Below are positions 24,973 to 36,500 of a stretch of DNA of 40,284 bases, piece by piece. The position numbers and the translations under genes are program-made. Source of the stretch: a virus (Duplodnaviria; Caudoviricetes); IMG/VR virus record IMGVR_UViG_3300027518_000018, positions 1-40,284 of that record. The stretch is one strand, 5' to 3'. Position 1 is the stretch's first letter, and every line of letters begins with the position of its first letter. Below the pieces are notes generated by a model that saw only the letters and a program-made list of their open reading frames with translations, did not search any database and had not been told where the DNA came from.

Positions 24973-25848
24973 ATGTCAGAACAAATACAGACAACTGAGG
25001 TAACTCAGCCTGTTGCAACTGAAACAACAACACAAACAACCGCAACAGCAACACCAATACTAAGCTCAACACAACAACCAACTCAACCACTTTCTGGTAA
25101 GACTTGGAAAGAAGCAATCTCACAAGAGTACAGATCAAATCCAAATATAGAAAAATTTACTGAATTAGATGCACTAGCTAAAAGCTACATCAATGCAGTA
25201 TCTATGATTGGAACTGATAAGATTCCTCTTCCAGGAAAGTCTGCAACAGATGAACAGTGGAATGAAGTATATAATAAATTAGGCAGACCAGAATCTCCTG
25301 ATAAATATACTTTAGAACTTAAAACGGATGTTGCTCCTGTTGATGAAAATATAATCAAAGGATTCGCACAGAATGCTCACAAGCTAGGTTTAAATAATAA
25401 ACAAGCTCAAGGTATTCTAGAGTTTTATAAATCAACATTAGAAGGCTCAGCAAAAGAAATGTCAGTGAATATGGAAGCTGCACAAGCTGAAGCTACTAAT
25501 GCTTTAAGAGCTGAATGGGGAAGAGCATACGATGACAACTTAAGAAAAGCTGCCAATGTTGCTCAAACTTATTTAGAACCAGAACTTCTTGATACTCAAT
25601 TAAGAGATGGTACTAGATTAGGTGATAATCCAAAGATTATTAAAGCATTTGCTAATATTGCTAATCTATTATCTGAAGATAAAATTATTGGTACAGAAGC
25701 TGATAATGTTCTTCAAGGTAGAGATATTGAAAGAGAAATAGATGAATTAACATCTGATAAACAAGGTGCTTATTGGAATAAAATGCACCCTAACCATAAC
25801 AAAGTAGTAAATCAGGTGCTTGCATTAAGAGAATTATTGACTCAATAA
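24973..25848 (+). CDS. Capsid scaffolding/assembly protein
   Basis: Flexible N-terminus, LAKSY, KLGRPE.PD.Y, LRAEWG..YD; precedes capsid gene. Confidence 0.8.
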   Translation: MSEQIQTTEVTQPVATETTTQTTATATPILSSTQQPTQPLSGKTWKEAISQEYRSNPNIEKFTELDALAKSYINAVSMIGTDKIPLPGKSATDEQWNEVYNKLGRPESPDKYTLELKTDVAPVDENIIKGFAQNAHKLGLNNKQAQGILEFYKSTLEGSAKEMSVNMEAAQAEATNALRAEWGRAYDDNLRKAANVAQTYLEPELLDTQLRDGTRLGDNPKIIKAFANIANLLSEDKIIGTEADNVLQGRDIEREIDELTSDKQGAYWNKMHPNHNKVVNQVLALRELLTQ

Positions 25849-25878
25849 TTTTATTGCAATCAAATCAAAAATACTATA

Positions 25879-26030
25879 TTGCGATTTCTAGGGTGATTTT
25901 TAATTAAGTTACCTTAGAAATTGTAAGACAATTCTATTAGAACCTTACATGCCTGTTGGAAAGACAACCGACTAACAGTCGTTAAATGCAAGATAGCCTA
26001 TCTTTTGGTGGGGAACTTTCTGAAACTAAA
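25879..26030 (+). promoter_or_regulatory. Structured 5' leader of the major capsid gene
   Basis: About 21-bp G-U-containing hairpin 25879-25926 followed by smaller hairpins. Confidence 0.5.
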
Positions 26031-26065
26031 ACTTAAACTTAACTTAACATAAAGGAAATGACACT

Positions 26066-26938
26066 ATGTCAAATCAAATAACAACTGCTTTTGTACAGCA
26101 GTACAGTTCAAACGTACAAATGTTATCTCAGCAAATGGGATCATTACTAAGAGGAGCTGTGGATGTTGAGTCAGTAGTAGGAAAGAATGCGTTCTTTGAT
26201 CAAGTTGGTAAAACAACTGCTGTTCTAAGAGCTTCTAGACACGCTGATACTCCACAGATTGATACGCCTCACTCTAGAAGACGAGTAAGTCTTGCAGATT
26301 ACGAGTGGGCTGATCTAATAGACAATGCAGATAAAGTTAGATTATTAATTGATCCAACTTCTTCTTACGCAAAAGCTGCGGCTGCTGCTATGGGAAGAGC
26401 GATGGATGATGTAGTAATCACTGCTTTAGGTGGAACATCATACACTGGTGAAACAGGATCTACTTCTGTATCACTTCCATCTGGACAGAAACCATACAGT
26501 GCATCTCAAACTGATGGTTTAACTATTGCTAAACTAAGAGAAGCAAAAAAAATATTGGACTTAAACGATGTTGATCCTAGCTTGCCTAGATACTTCGTAT
26601 GTGGTCCAACTCAAATCAACAATTTATTAGGAACAACTGAAGTTACTTCAAGTGACTTTAACACTGTTAAAGCTCTTGTTCAGGGACAATTAGATTCTTT
26701 CTTAGGATTTAAATTCATCGTTTCTAACAGATTGAAATTTGACGCAACTAACACTGACGACAGACTATGTTACGCTTTCACTCAAGATGCTATTAAATTA
26801 GCAGTGGGTCAAGATGTTGTAGCGAGAATAGACGAGAGAGCTGATAAATCTTACAGCACTCAAGTTTACTACTCTATGAGCATCGGAGCTACTAGAATGG
26901 AAGAAGAAAAAGTTGTGGAAATTGCTTGCGACGAATAA
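26066..26938 (+). CDS. Major capsid protein
   Basis: MS.QITTAFVQQYS.NV.ML.QQ.GS.LR, VKALVQG..DSFLGFKFI, GATRMEEEKVV. Confidence 0.93.
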   Translation: MSNQITTAFVQQYSSNVQMLSQQMGSLLRGAVDVESVVGKNAFFDQVGKTTAVLRASRHADTPQIDTPHSRRRVSLADYEWADLIDNADKVRLLIDPTSSYAKAAAAAMGRAMDDVVITALGGTSYTGETGSTSVSLPSGQKPYSASQTDGLTIAKLREAKKILDLNDVDPSLPRYFVCGPTQINNLLGTTEVTSSDFNTVKALVQGQLDSFLGFKFIVSNRLKFDATNTDDRLCYAFTQDAIKLAVGQDVVARIDERADKSYSTQVYYSMSIGATRMEEEKVVEIACDE

Positions 26939-26962
26939 TAATTAACAATAGGAGAATAAAAT

Positions 26963-27460
26963 ATGTCAAACGCAAATAGTGATCTAGTAACTAATTTTGT
27001 TGCTGTTCCTCAAGTATTAAGCTCTGCACAACAATTACATGGTGTGAAAAGAGTTGCAGCTGGAACAATAGCATTAGCAGTTGCTGATCTAGGAGCTAAC
27101 GATACAGTTATGTTAGCACCAATCCCAAGCAATGCGAGTATTACTTCAATCAAAATCTTCAATGATGATTTAGATTCTAGCACTACAAACACTGCGGATG
27201 TTGGTATTTACAAACAAGATTTATCTGTTGTAGATGCTGACGCTTATGCTTCTGCTATTACTACTTTAAGATCTGCTAACACAACAGGTGTGGAAGTGGC
27301 TTTTGAAGCTAGAGATATTAACAAATGTGGACAAAAAGTTTGGCAAGATGCTGGACTTTCTTCTGATTCAGGATTGACTTACTTTGTAGGTTTATCTTTC
27401 CCAGGAGCTGGCGATACAGCTGGTGATGTTAGCTTTGTTATTGAATACACAGTAAGCTAA
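26963..27460 (+). CDS. Capsid-associated (decoration/minor) protein
   Basis: Directly after MCP; AGGAG RBS; beta-rich; co-terminated. Confidence 0.65.
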   Translation: MSNANSDLVTNFVAVPQVLSSAQQLHGVKRVAAGTIALAVADLGANDTVMLAPIPSNASITSIKIFNDDLDSSTTNTADVGIYKQDLSVVDADAYASAITTLRSANTTGVEVAFEARDINKCGQKVWQDAGLSSDSGLTYFVGLSFPGAGDTAGDVSFVIEYTVS

Positions 27461-27472
27461 TTACTACTTTAA

Positions 27473-27499
27473 ATAGTGGGGACTAAAAATCCCCACTAT
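27473..27499 (+). terminator. Hairpin terminator after the capsid operon
   Basis: ATAGTGGGGA-7 nt-TCCCCACTAT perfect 10-bp stem. Confidence 0.7.
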
Positions 27500-27504
27500 C
27501 TACA

Positions 27505-27708
27505 ATGAAGAAAATCAACGAAGTAAAAACCATTTTACATTTCCAAAATAAAGATTATATCTATCGCTATGTTCTAGTTGATAGATTTAAACATACATCA
27601 ACTGCACATCATGGTTTTGATAAAGACTTAGAACTTACAGAAGCTGAGATCTTTGCATTGGTTAAACCTAGACAATTAAGACGTAAATATATTATAAAGA
27701 AAGATTAA
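27505..27708 (+). CDS. Hypothetical protein
   Basis: ORF track; coupled to HNH. Confidence 0.6.
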   Translation: MKKINEVKTILHFQNKDYIYRYVLVDRFKHTSTAHHGFDKDLELTEAEIFALVKPRQLRRKYIIKKD

Positions 27709-28250
27709 TGAAAAATTGTTTCATTTGTAATAATAAATTTAAAGATACAACTCATAATAATATAAAAAAATTTTGTTCTAAAGAATGTAGAAACAAAAAA
27801 TATTATAATTCACCAAAATCAAAAATACTTTTAAAAATAAGACAAGAAAAATATAATAAAACAGAAAAATCAAAATTAAGATCAAAAAAATGGTATGAAA
27901 CAAAAGGAAAAAAAATTAGAGAACAATATAGAAAAAGTAAAATTGGAAAAATAGTAGTAAAAAATGCTTATAAAAAATGGTCTAAATCAGAACATGGAAG
28001 ATTATATAATTTAATTAGATCAGCAAATAGAAGAGCATTAAAATTAAAAGCCACTCCAAAATGGAGTAATATAAATAAAATAAAAGAAATTTATAAAAAT
28101 TGTCCAAAAGGCTATCATGTTGATCACATTATACCATTAAAAGGTAAAAATGTTTCTGGATTACATGTTTATTGGAATTTACAGTATCTTAAATCTAATA
28201 TAAATATGTCTAAATCCAACAAAATATTAGATAAAAATATATGTTGGTAA
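27708..28250 (+). CDS. HNH endonuclease with N-terminal Zn finger
   Basis: CFIC...FCSKEC; [34 protein letters not shown]. Confidence 0.88.
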   Translation: MKNCFICNNKFKDTTHNNIKKFCSKECRNKKYYNSPKSKILLKIRQEKYNKTEKSKLRSKKWYETKGKKIREQYRKSKIGKIVVKNAYKKWSKSEHGRLYNLIRSANRRALKLKATPKWSNINKIKEIYKNCPKGYHVDHIIPLKGKNVSGLHVYWNLQYLKSNINMSKSNKILDKNICW

Positions 28251-28300
28251 TATTAAAAAATTAATATATTCAATTATATTAACAAATTATTAATAATTTC

Positions 28301-28882
28301 ATGGCAAGTATAGTAGAAATATGCAATGGTGCTTTAAATCAATTAGGTGCATCTACAATCTTAACACTTACAGAAGATTCTAAAAATGCAAGACTTTGCA
28401 ATGCTAGATATTTGAATGTAAGAGATGCAGTATTTAGACATCATCCTTGGAACTGTTTATTAAAAAGAGCTCAACTACCAGCTGATACAGAAACACCAGC
28501 TTGGGGATTTACAAAACAATTTACATTACCATCAGACTGTTTAAGATTAATTAAAATTTTAGATTACGAATCTGATCACGTTGTAGAAGGTAGAAAAATT
28601 TTATCTCACGCATCTTCTATGAAAATATTATACATATCAAGAGTTGAAGATCCTAACGAATACGATCAATTACTAAGAGAAGTTTTAAGTGCTGCGTTAG
28701 CTGCTGATATTGCTTATGCAGTAACTTCATCTAATCCAGTAGCTCAGCAAATGTATTCATTGTATCAAGAGAAATTAAAAGATGCTAGATTCGTAGATTC
28801 AACAGAAGGATATAATACAGATCAAGAAATGGGTATGGCATCTGTAGTAGATTCAAATACGTTTATTAACTCTAGGTTTTAA
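28301..28882 (+). CDS. Tail tubular protein A / adaptor (T7 gp11-like)
   Basis: S.VEICN.AL..LGA..I, HPWNC, FTLPSDCLR. Confidence 0.85.
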   Translation: MASIVEICNGALNQLGASTILTLTEDSKNARLCNARYLNVRDAVFRHHPWNCLLKRAQLPADTETPAWGFTKQFTLPSDCLRLIKILDYESDHVVEGRKILSHASSMKILYISRVEDPNEYDQLLREVLSAALAADIAYAVTSSNPVAQQMYSLYQEKLKDARFVDSTEGYNTDQEMGMASVVDSNTFINSRF

Positions 28883-28887
28883 AAACC

Positions 28888-31146
28888 ATGGCTAGAGTTG
28901 CTGTTCAATTAACAAACTTTACAGGTGGAGAATTATCACCACGTTTAGATGGTAGAAATGATCTAACTAAATACGCATCTGGTTGTAAGACATTACAAAA
29001 CATGGTTGTTTATCCTCATGGATCTGCAGCTAGAAGACCAGGCACAACATTTGTAGCAGAAGTTAAAACATCATCTGCATTTACAAGATTAATTCCTTTT
29101 GAATTTTCAACAACACAAACTTACATTTTAGAATTTGGAAATTTATATATTCGTTTCTATAAAGATAATGGTGCAATATTAGAATCAAGTAAAACTATAA
29201 CAGGAATTACACAAGCTAACCCTGGTGTTGTTACATCTTCATCGCATGGTTTTGCTAATGGAGATACAGTTGTTATTTCTGGTGTTGTGGGAATGACACA
29301 AGTAAATGGTAAAAGATTTAAAGTTGCAAGTGTTGCAACAAATACATTTCAATTACAAGATATAGATGGCAACAATGTTAATACATCTTCTTACACTGCT
29401 TATACATCAGGTGGAGTTGCAAATAGAGTTTATACATTAACAACAACTTACGAAACTGCAGATCTACCAGATTTAAAATTTGCTCAATCAGCTGACGTTA
29501 TGTACATTTGTCATCCTGATTTTCCACCAAGAAAATTATCAAGAACTGGTCATACCTCTTGGACTATTACAGATGTTGATTTTTCTAATGGACCATTCTT
29601 AGATCATAATATTACAACAACAACAATGACACCATCACATAAAAACGTTGGTGATACTGTTACAGCAACATTCTCAGCAGTTACTGGTATTAATGATGGT
29701 AATGGTTTTACATCTGCTGATATTGGAAGAATAGTTCATTTTAATACTGGTCATTTTGAAATTACATCTATTACATCTACAACAGTAGTTGTTGGAACTG
29801 TTATTAAAGATTTAGGTAAGACCACTGCAGATACTGACTGGGCTTTAGGTGCGTGGTCAGAATATACAGGTTATCCTTCTTGCGTAACTTTCTATGAACA
29901 AAGATTAGTATTTGCAGGAACTGAACATCAACCACAAACTTTATTCTTTTCTAAATCAGGTGATTATGAAAACATGGATGATAATTATCATGGTACAGTA
30001 GCTGATGATGATGCAATCATTTATACAATCGCTTCTAACCAAGTTAATGCAATTAGATTTTTATCTGCAACACGAACACTAATCGTTGGCACAGTAGGTG
30101 GAGAATTTTCAGTATCAGGTGGTGGTACAGATGATCCTGTAACTCCAACAAACATTCTTATTAAAAAACAATCTAACCATGGTTGTGCAAATATAGATGC
30201 TATACCAGTAGGTAACGTAACTCTGTTTTTGCAACGTGCTAAAAGAAAGATTAGAGAACTAGCTTATAACTTTGATGTTGATGGTTATGTTGCTCCTGAC
30301 ATGACTATTCTTGCTGAACATATTTCAGAATCTGGAATTAACTCTATGTCTTATCAACAAGAACCTAATCAAGTTATTTGGTGTGTTAGATCAGATGGAA
30401 GATTAGTTGGTTTAACTTATCAAAGAGAACAACAAGTTGTTGCTTGGCATCAACATATATTTGGTGGTGCATTTGGAAATGGTATTGCAGTATGCGAATC
30501 TATAGCTACTATTCCAACAGATGATAAAGAATATCAAACATGGGTTGTTATCAAAAGAACAATCAATGGTGTAACAAGACGTTATGTTGAATACATCAAT
30601 CAATTTGATTTTAATGAAACAGATAATACAGAATTTAATTTCTTAGATTCACAACTTGCTTACTCTGGATCTGCAACTACTACAATTACAGGATTAGATC
30701 ATCTTGAGGGACAAGTTGTATCTGTTCTTGCAAATGGTGCAACACATCCAGACAGAACTGTATCTGGTGGATCTATTACTTTAGCAAGATCATCTACTAA
30801 AGTTAAAGTTGGATTAAAATATACATCACTATTACAAACTATGAGATTAGATGCTGGAGCTCAAAATGGTACATCTCAAGCTAAAACAAAAAGAATATTT
30901 AATATCTCTATTAGATTATATGAATCTATTGGTGTTGAAGTTGGTCCAGATTTAAACAATATGGAAGCTATACCATTTAGATCTTCTGCTAATCCTATGG
31001 ATCAAGCTATACCAGTATTTACAGGTGATAAAGAAGTAGAGTTTAGAGGCAACTATGAAACTGATGGTTTTATATATGTACGTCAAACTCAACCTTTACC
31101 TTTAACAATTTTATCGTTATACCCAGAATTAATAACAAATGACTAA
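28888..31146 (+). CDS. Tail tubular protein B / nozzle (T7 gp12-like)
   Basis: NFTGGELSP.L.GR.D, YPSCVTFYEQRLVFAG, VVAWHQH, QPLPLTIL. Confidence 0.9.
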   Translation: MARVAVQLTNFTGGELSPRLDGRNDLTKYASGCKTLQNMVVYPHGSAARRPGTTFVAEVKTSSAFTRLIPFEFSTTQTYILEFGNLYIRFYKDNGAILESSKTITGITQANPGVVTSSSHGFANGDTVVISGVVGMTQVNGKRFKVASVATNTFQLQDIDGNNVNTSSYTAYTSGGVANRVYTLTTTYETADLPDLKFAQSADVMYICHPDFPPRKLSRTGHTSWTITDVDFSNGPFLDHNITTTTMTPSHKNVGDTVTATFSAVTGINDGNGFTSADIGRIVHFNTGHFEITSITSTTVVVGTVIKDLGKTTADTDWALGAWSEYTGYPSCVTFYEQRLVFAGTEHQPQTLFFSKSGDYENMDDNYHGTVADDDAIIYTIASNQVNAIRFLSATRTLIVGTVGGEFSVSGGGTDDPVTPTNILIKKQSNHGCANIDAIPVGNVTLFLQRAKRKIRELAYNFDVDGYVAPDMTILAEHISESGINSMSYQQEPNQVIWCVRSDGRLVGLTYQREQQVVAWHQHIFGGAFGNGIAVCESIATIPTDDKEYQTWVVIKRTINGVTRRYVEYINQFDFNETDNTEFNFLDSQLAYSGSATTTITGLDHLEGQVVSVLANGATHPDRTVSGGSITLARSSTKVKVGLKYTSLLQTMRLDAGAQNGTSQAKTKRIFNISIRLYESIGVEVGPDLNNMEAIPFRSSANPMDQAIPVFTGDKEVEFRGNYETDGFIYVRQTQPLPLTILSLYPELITND

Positions 31147-31606
31147 TAGATTAATTATAATTCCTTATATTTCAGATCATGGTAAAATAATCATGGAATC
31201 CCAAATGAACCACATGCTTACTCAAAGAGATGCTGAGTTTATTAAAAAAGATAATAATGTTGAATGTATGAGTTTAGAACAAGATGGTTTAGCATTTACA
31301 GGATTAATTAATAATGAAGTTATTGCATCAGCTGGTATGAAAAGAGTATGGGGTAATGTAGCTGAGGGTTGGTTTCTTGGTAAAAATGATGTATGGAATC
31401 ATCCAATAACAATTGCGAAAGCAGTTAAACAAAATTTAGATCATTTAGCTAAAACAAATAATATTAAAAGATTACAAACTGCAGTTCGTGCAGACTTTGG
31501 AATTGGAATTAGATTTGCTAAATGGTTAGGATTTACTAATGAAGGATTAATGAAGCACTACGGATTTGATGGTAGCGATCATTATAGATTTGCGAGGATT
31601 TACTAA
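31139..31606 (+). CDS. GNAT-like protein (T7 gp13-like position)
   Basis: VAEGWFL...RLQTAVR.DF....RFAKWLGF..EG.M..YG. Confidence 0.7.
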   Translation: MTNRLIIIPYISDHGKIIMESQMNHMLTQRDAEFIKKDNNVECMSLEQDGLAFTGLINNEVIASAGMKRVWGNVAEGWFLGKNDVWNHPITIAKAVKQNLDHLAKTNNIKRLQTAVRADFGIGIRFAKWLGFTNEGLMKHYGFDGSDHYRFARIY

Positions 31607-32094
31607 TGGCACAGGCAATACCTTTTGTACAATTAGGCTTTCAAGTAGTTCAAGCTAAAAATCAAAGTGCAGCTGGAAAATATAATCAACAAGTTTATAA
31701 TAGAAATGCACAGATAGCTGAACAAGAAGCAGCACAAATAGAAAAACAAAATGAAGTTGATTTACAAAGATTTGATCAAAAATTTTCACAACTTCAGGGA
31801 CAAACTAAAACTAGAATTTTAACATCTGGTGCAGATTTATCTGGATCTGGATTAAGAATATTACATAATAATGATACACAAGCACAATTAGAAAGAAACA
31901 CAATTACTTACAATTCTAAAATAGCACAACAATCTAAATTTAATGAAGCTAACTTTGCGAGAATACAAGGTGGAGTTGCTAGACAACAAGGTAGAGCAGC
32001 AGCTTTAGGAACATTAGCTAGTGCCGCTTTTTCTTTTGGTCAATCAAAACCTGGTCAAACATTACTAGGAAGTGTACCTAACCCATTCGCTTAA
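31606..32094 (+). CDS. Internal virion (ejection) protein, gp14-like
   Basis: Q/A-rich helical; synteny. Confidence 0.65.
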   Translation: MAQAIPFVQLGFQVVQAKNQSAAGKYNQQVYNRNAQIAEQEAAQIEKQNEVDLQRFDQKFSQLQGQTKTRILTSGADLSGSGLRILHNNDTQAQLERNTITYNSKIAQQSKFNEANFARIQGGVARQQGRAAALGTLASAAFSFGQSKPGQTLLGSVPNPFA

Positions 32095-32097
32095 ACT

Positions 32098-33516
32098 ATG
32101 CCAAAAATACCTACATTTACAGCACAGACAAGAATTACTTCAGATGTTGCTGATATTAAAACTCAATACCAAGCACCTTTAACTGGTGGACCCATTGCTC
32201 AATTGATTCCAGCAATGCAAAAATTAAGTGATTATTATGTTGCTCAACAAGATTTAACAGAAAAAGTTGAAGCTAAAAAAGAAACTTTTATTATAAAAGG
32301 CGAAGCAGATAAATTTTTAAAACAAGAAGAAAATAATTTTAATGAAACAAATGCTATTCAAAATTTTTCTAATAAATGGGAACAATTAACAAAACAAAAA
32401 TTATCTAATATTTCTAATCTTGGCGTAAGAGAAAGAATAAAACAAAATTTAGATCTTGAGTATGGTGATTACATTTACAATATTAAAAAACAATCATTCA
32501 AAGCATTAGAAACTGAAAGCACAAATACTTACAATACTGAACAAAATACTTTAGCTGCTAAGTATCAAACTTATAAAGACAATCCTATTATTAAAGCACA
32601 AGTTAAAACACAAATGTTAGACAATGCAACTGACTTTGTTAAGTCTATGCAATTATCTCCAATAGATGAAATTAATAAAAGAAATGCTGTTGAACGTGAT
32701 TTGTTTTTATTAGATTTAGATTCAGTTATTGGAACTACAAATGCTAAAGAAAACTTTGCTAAGATGGATGAAGCATTTGGTGCTACAAGATTTGTTAAAG
32801 ATGATGAATTATCAAAAGCATTATTTATTACTTATAAAGAAAAGATTTCTAAGATTGCAGTTAAAGGAGATCCTAATTCTGATTACGATAGAGCAATACA
32901 GATAGCAAATGAATTTGAAACATTACAAAGAGCTAATGGTAAAAAAGTATTAACAGGAAAACAACAAAGCGATTGGAGTGATTTTAAACAAAATTTATTA
33001 TCAGAATCTATAGCACATGATGAAATTAGAACTAAAGTTGTTAGAGGAACAGAGGTTAATGAATATAGTGTTGCTCAAAAAGATATATTACAAAAAACAT
33101 TTTATAATGCCATTGTTCCAGATTTATCTGGTCAAAGAAATAAAACTTTAGCAACAGAATCTGGTTTTGAATATGATCAAAGACTTAATCAATTCTTAGC
33201 TGCTAATCCTTCTGCTTCTGTATTAGAGAAAAAATTATATGCAAAAGAATTATCAACTTTATTAATTGATAAATATAGAGATGCAGATATTGCAAACATT
33301 ACAACATTTGATTTACAGAAAAACAAATTTAATATTGTAAGAGAAAAACAACAGATTGCTGATCTTATTACATCTTATAATTTAGATCCTACTCAACCTA
33401 ATCAGTTAAAAACATTAGCTAAATTAAATGGATATAAAGATAAAAATGGTAATCCAGATGTTAATGGTTTTTTAAAAGAATATCAAAAAGTTATTCAATC
33501 AAGACAGAAGGAATAA
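32098..33516 (+). CDS. Internal virion protein, gp15-like
   Basis: MPKIPTF start; helical; synteny. Confidence 0.6.
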   Translation: MPKIPTFTAQTRITSDVADIKTQYQAPLTGGPIAQLIPAMQKLSDYYVAQQDLTEKVEAKKETFIIKGEADKFLKQEENNFNETNAIQNFSNKWEQLTKQKLSNISNLGVRERIKQNLDLEYGDYIYNIKKQSFKALETESTNTYNTEQNTLAAKYQTYKDNPIIKAQVKTQMLDNATDFVKSMQLSPIDEINKRNAVERDLFLLDLDSVIGTTNAKENFAKMDEAFGATRFVKDDELSKALFITYKEKISKIAVKGDPNSDYDRAIQIANEFETLQRANGKKVLTGKQQSDWSDFKQNLLSESIAHDEIRTKVVRGTEVNEYSVAQKDILQKTFYNAIVPDLSGQRNKTLATESGFEYDQRLNQFLAANPSASVLEKKLYAKELSTLLIDKYRDADIANITTFDLQKNKFNIVREKQQIADLITSYNLDPTQPNQLKTLAKLNGYKDKNGNPDVNGFLKEYQKVIQSRQKE

Positions 33517-36500
33517 ATGCCTACTATTGATCCAGCTTTGCAGGAGTTTTTCTCTACACCAGATACTCCTAATAAAAATATAAACACACCACCTGTTCCT
33601 GTTACAGAAACAGTGGCACCAGAACCTAAGCCTACTGGCAAACCTCAACCTGTAGATCCTAATTTATTAAATTTTTTTAATGAAGAAAAAAGAAATTATG
33701 AAAAAATACAACCTAAGCAATCTGGTTTAGTTAAAGATCCAAAGGAAGATGATTTTGGTTTTTGGCGTACTGTGGGGGATATGACTTTATCAATTCCACA
33801 AGGAGTTGTTAATGCTGTTGAAGAACAAGGAGATTTCTTAGATGAAAATATTGTATCTTTAGGTGGTATTGAATTTGGTGATAAAGATGGAAAATTATCA
33901 TTCAAAGATTTTATTCCACAATATGTTTCACCAACAAGATGGAAAGAAAAAAGATATTCAGAAGAAAGACAGTTACCATTATTTTATAAACCAAAAACAT
34001 TAGCTGGTAATATTACTGAAGGAGTTTCAAGATTTGTTACTGGGTTTTATACACCAAACAAATTTCTTAAAGGAGCAGGATTAGTTGGTGGTTTTGGAGT
34101 TACAGCATTAAGAGGTATGGCTGCAGGAGCTGTTGCAGATCTTACTGTGTTTGATCCTAACGAAGGAAGATTATCTGATATGTTAGTTGAGTTTGATTCA
34201 CCAGTATTAAACAATGCTGTTACTCAATATCTTGCTACAGATGTAGAAGATACAGAAATGGAAGGAAGATTAAAAAATGTTTTAGAGGGTATGATTGTTG
34301 GAGGTGTTGCAGAAGGAGTTCTGTTTGGTATTAAAGCATTTAAAAAAGCTAAAGCCACACAAAATTTTGATGAAAAGAATGCTATTTATAAAGAAGCTGG
34401 TGAGGCAATAAAAGAAGTACAGGCTGGTAACAAAACATCACCTGTTGTTAAAAAAGCAATCGTTGATGGTAATAATGCAATTAATGTAGATGAGCTTACA
34501 AAAGAATTTAAAATTGGTGAAAAGACTGCAAAAACAGATTCAGAATCTTTTATTAAAAAAATATTAAATACTAAATCATTTAGAAATGCTGAGCATGTTC
34601 TTAAAACAATAGATGATGTTGCAGATCAATTTGATGATGCTACTAAAAACTTTTTAGAAAATGACGTGTTAAGAAATGACGTTGCAGAAGAACTTGCAAA
34701 AACATTAGCAAGAAATAAAGATGAAATATTAAGAGCATTACCAAAACAAACTGAAGCTGCTAAACAAGGAACAGTTAGAATGTTAGCATCTAAAATGGTA
34801 TTGCAAGAAATTGCTAGAAATTTACAAGATACATCTATTAAATATATAGCTCAGTTTGGTGAAAATGAAAAACTTTGGACTAAAGAAGCTAGACAAGAAA
34901 TTGCTAATTATGCAAATCTAATTCAAAATGTAACTTATTCATTAAAAGAACAAATAAGAGGTGCAGCAAGAGTAACTCAAGCTGGTAGAGTACAAGTTGG
35001 TGCAGTAGGTGGTAAAGTTATTGACGCAGAAAAAGCAGCTCAATTTGTAAGATTATATAATTCTAATCCTATTATTCTTGCTAAGAAATTTAGCAAAGGT
35101 TCTTTAGATGAGGTTATTCAAAATGCTGGTAAAACTAAATATCAAAAAGCAATAGAAGTATTTAACTCTGCTTATATTAACTCATTACTATCTGGTGTAT
35201 TTACACAAGCAGTAAACTTAAAAAGTGGATTATATGAAGCACTAATTAGACCAATGGAACAAGTTATTGGTGGTGCTATTGCAAGAGATAAAAAATCAAT
35301 TCAATTAGGATTTGCTCAGTATCGTGGAATGGTAACATCATTCAAAGATACTTGGAAAGCTGTAGGTATAGCACTAAGACAAGGAGATGCTGTTCTTGAT
35401 CCACTTGCTAGAACTCAAGATAATTTACAAATTGTTAATGGTAAAACAGTAAGACCAATCAGTGCAGCTAATTTAGGATTTAATGGAAGAGTTGGAACTG
35501 CAGTAGATTGGATTGGTAGAGTTGTTGAACTTCCATCAAGATTATTAATTACAAGTGATGAATTTTTAAAACAAGTTAATTACAGAGGAAGATTACTTTC
35601 TAATGCTTTAGAAAATACAATGGAACTTGGTTTAGATATTACATCTAAAGAAGGTAAAAAGAATATTGAAAGAATTTTAAAAGAAGGATTTGATGAAAAT
35701 GGATTAGCAAATATTAAAAATAATCCTATTAATGAAAAAGCATTACAATATGCTAGAGAATCTACATTTACTAATTCATTAACTAATGGTTCTTATTTAA
35801 ACTGGGGATCTAAGATTGAAAACTTTTTAAGACAATCTCCTGAGTTTAGATTTATTATGCCATTTATTAGAACTCCAACTAACTTATGGAGGCATTTTAG
35901 TAATCGTGTTCCAGGTTTTGGTGCTTTAACAAAACAAAATCAAGAGTTATGGAATAGTGGAGATAGACGTGCAAGAGCAGAAGTTTTAGGAAGACAAGCT
36001 CTAGGATTCGCTGGAACAATGTATGCACTAGATGTTGCATTAGAATATGTTGAAACTAAAGATGGTATGAGATTACCTAAACTTACAGGTAATGGTCCAG
36101 CAAACTTTGATATTAAAAAACAATGGTTATCTCTTGGATGGCAACCTTATTCATTTGCAAGACAAAATTCAGATGGAACAGTAACTTATGTTCAATACAA
36201 CAGAATGGATCCTCGTTTTTATGTTTTAGGTATTATGGCAGATTTAAAAGAAAATATAGCAAACATTAATGATGAAGATAAATCAGATATATTTGGTTCT
36301 GCATTTTTAACAGTATTTAAAAATGTAACTAATAAAACTTATTTAAGAGGATTATCAGATGTGTTTGAAGTTTTAGCTGAACCTACCCCTAAAAACATTT
36401 CTCAATTCTTTGGTGGAGTTGTAGGTAATATTATTCCTTTTGTATCATTTAGATCACAAGGAATACCAGGAATATTAGATCCAGATAAAGAAGCACTAGA

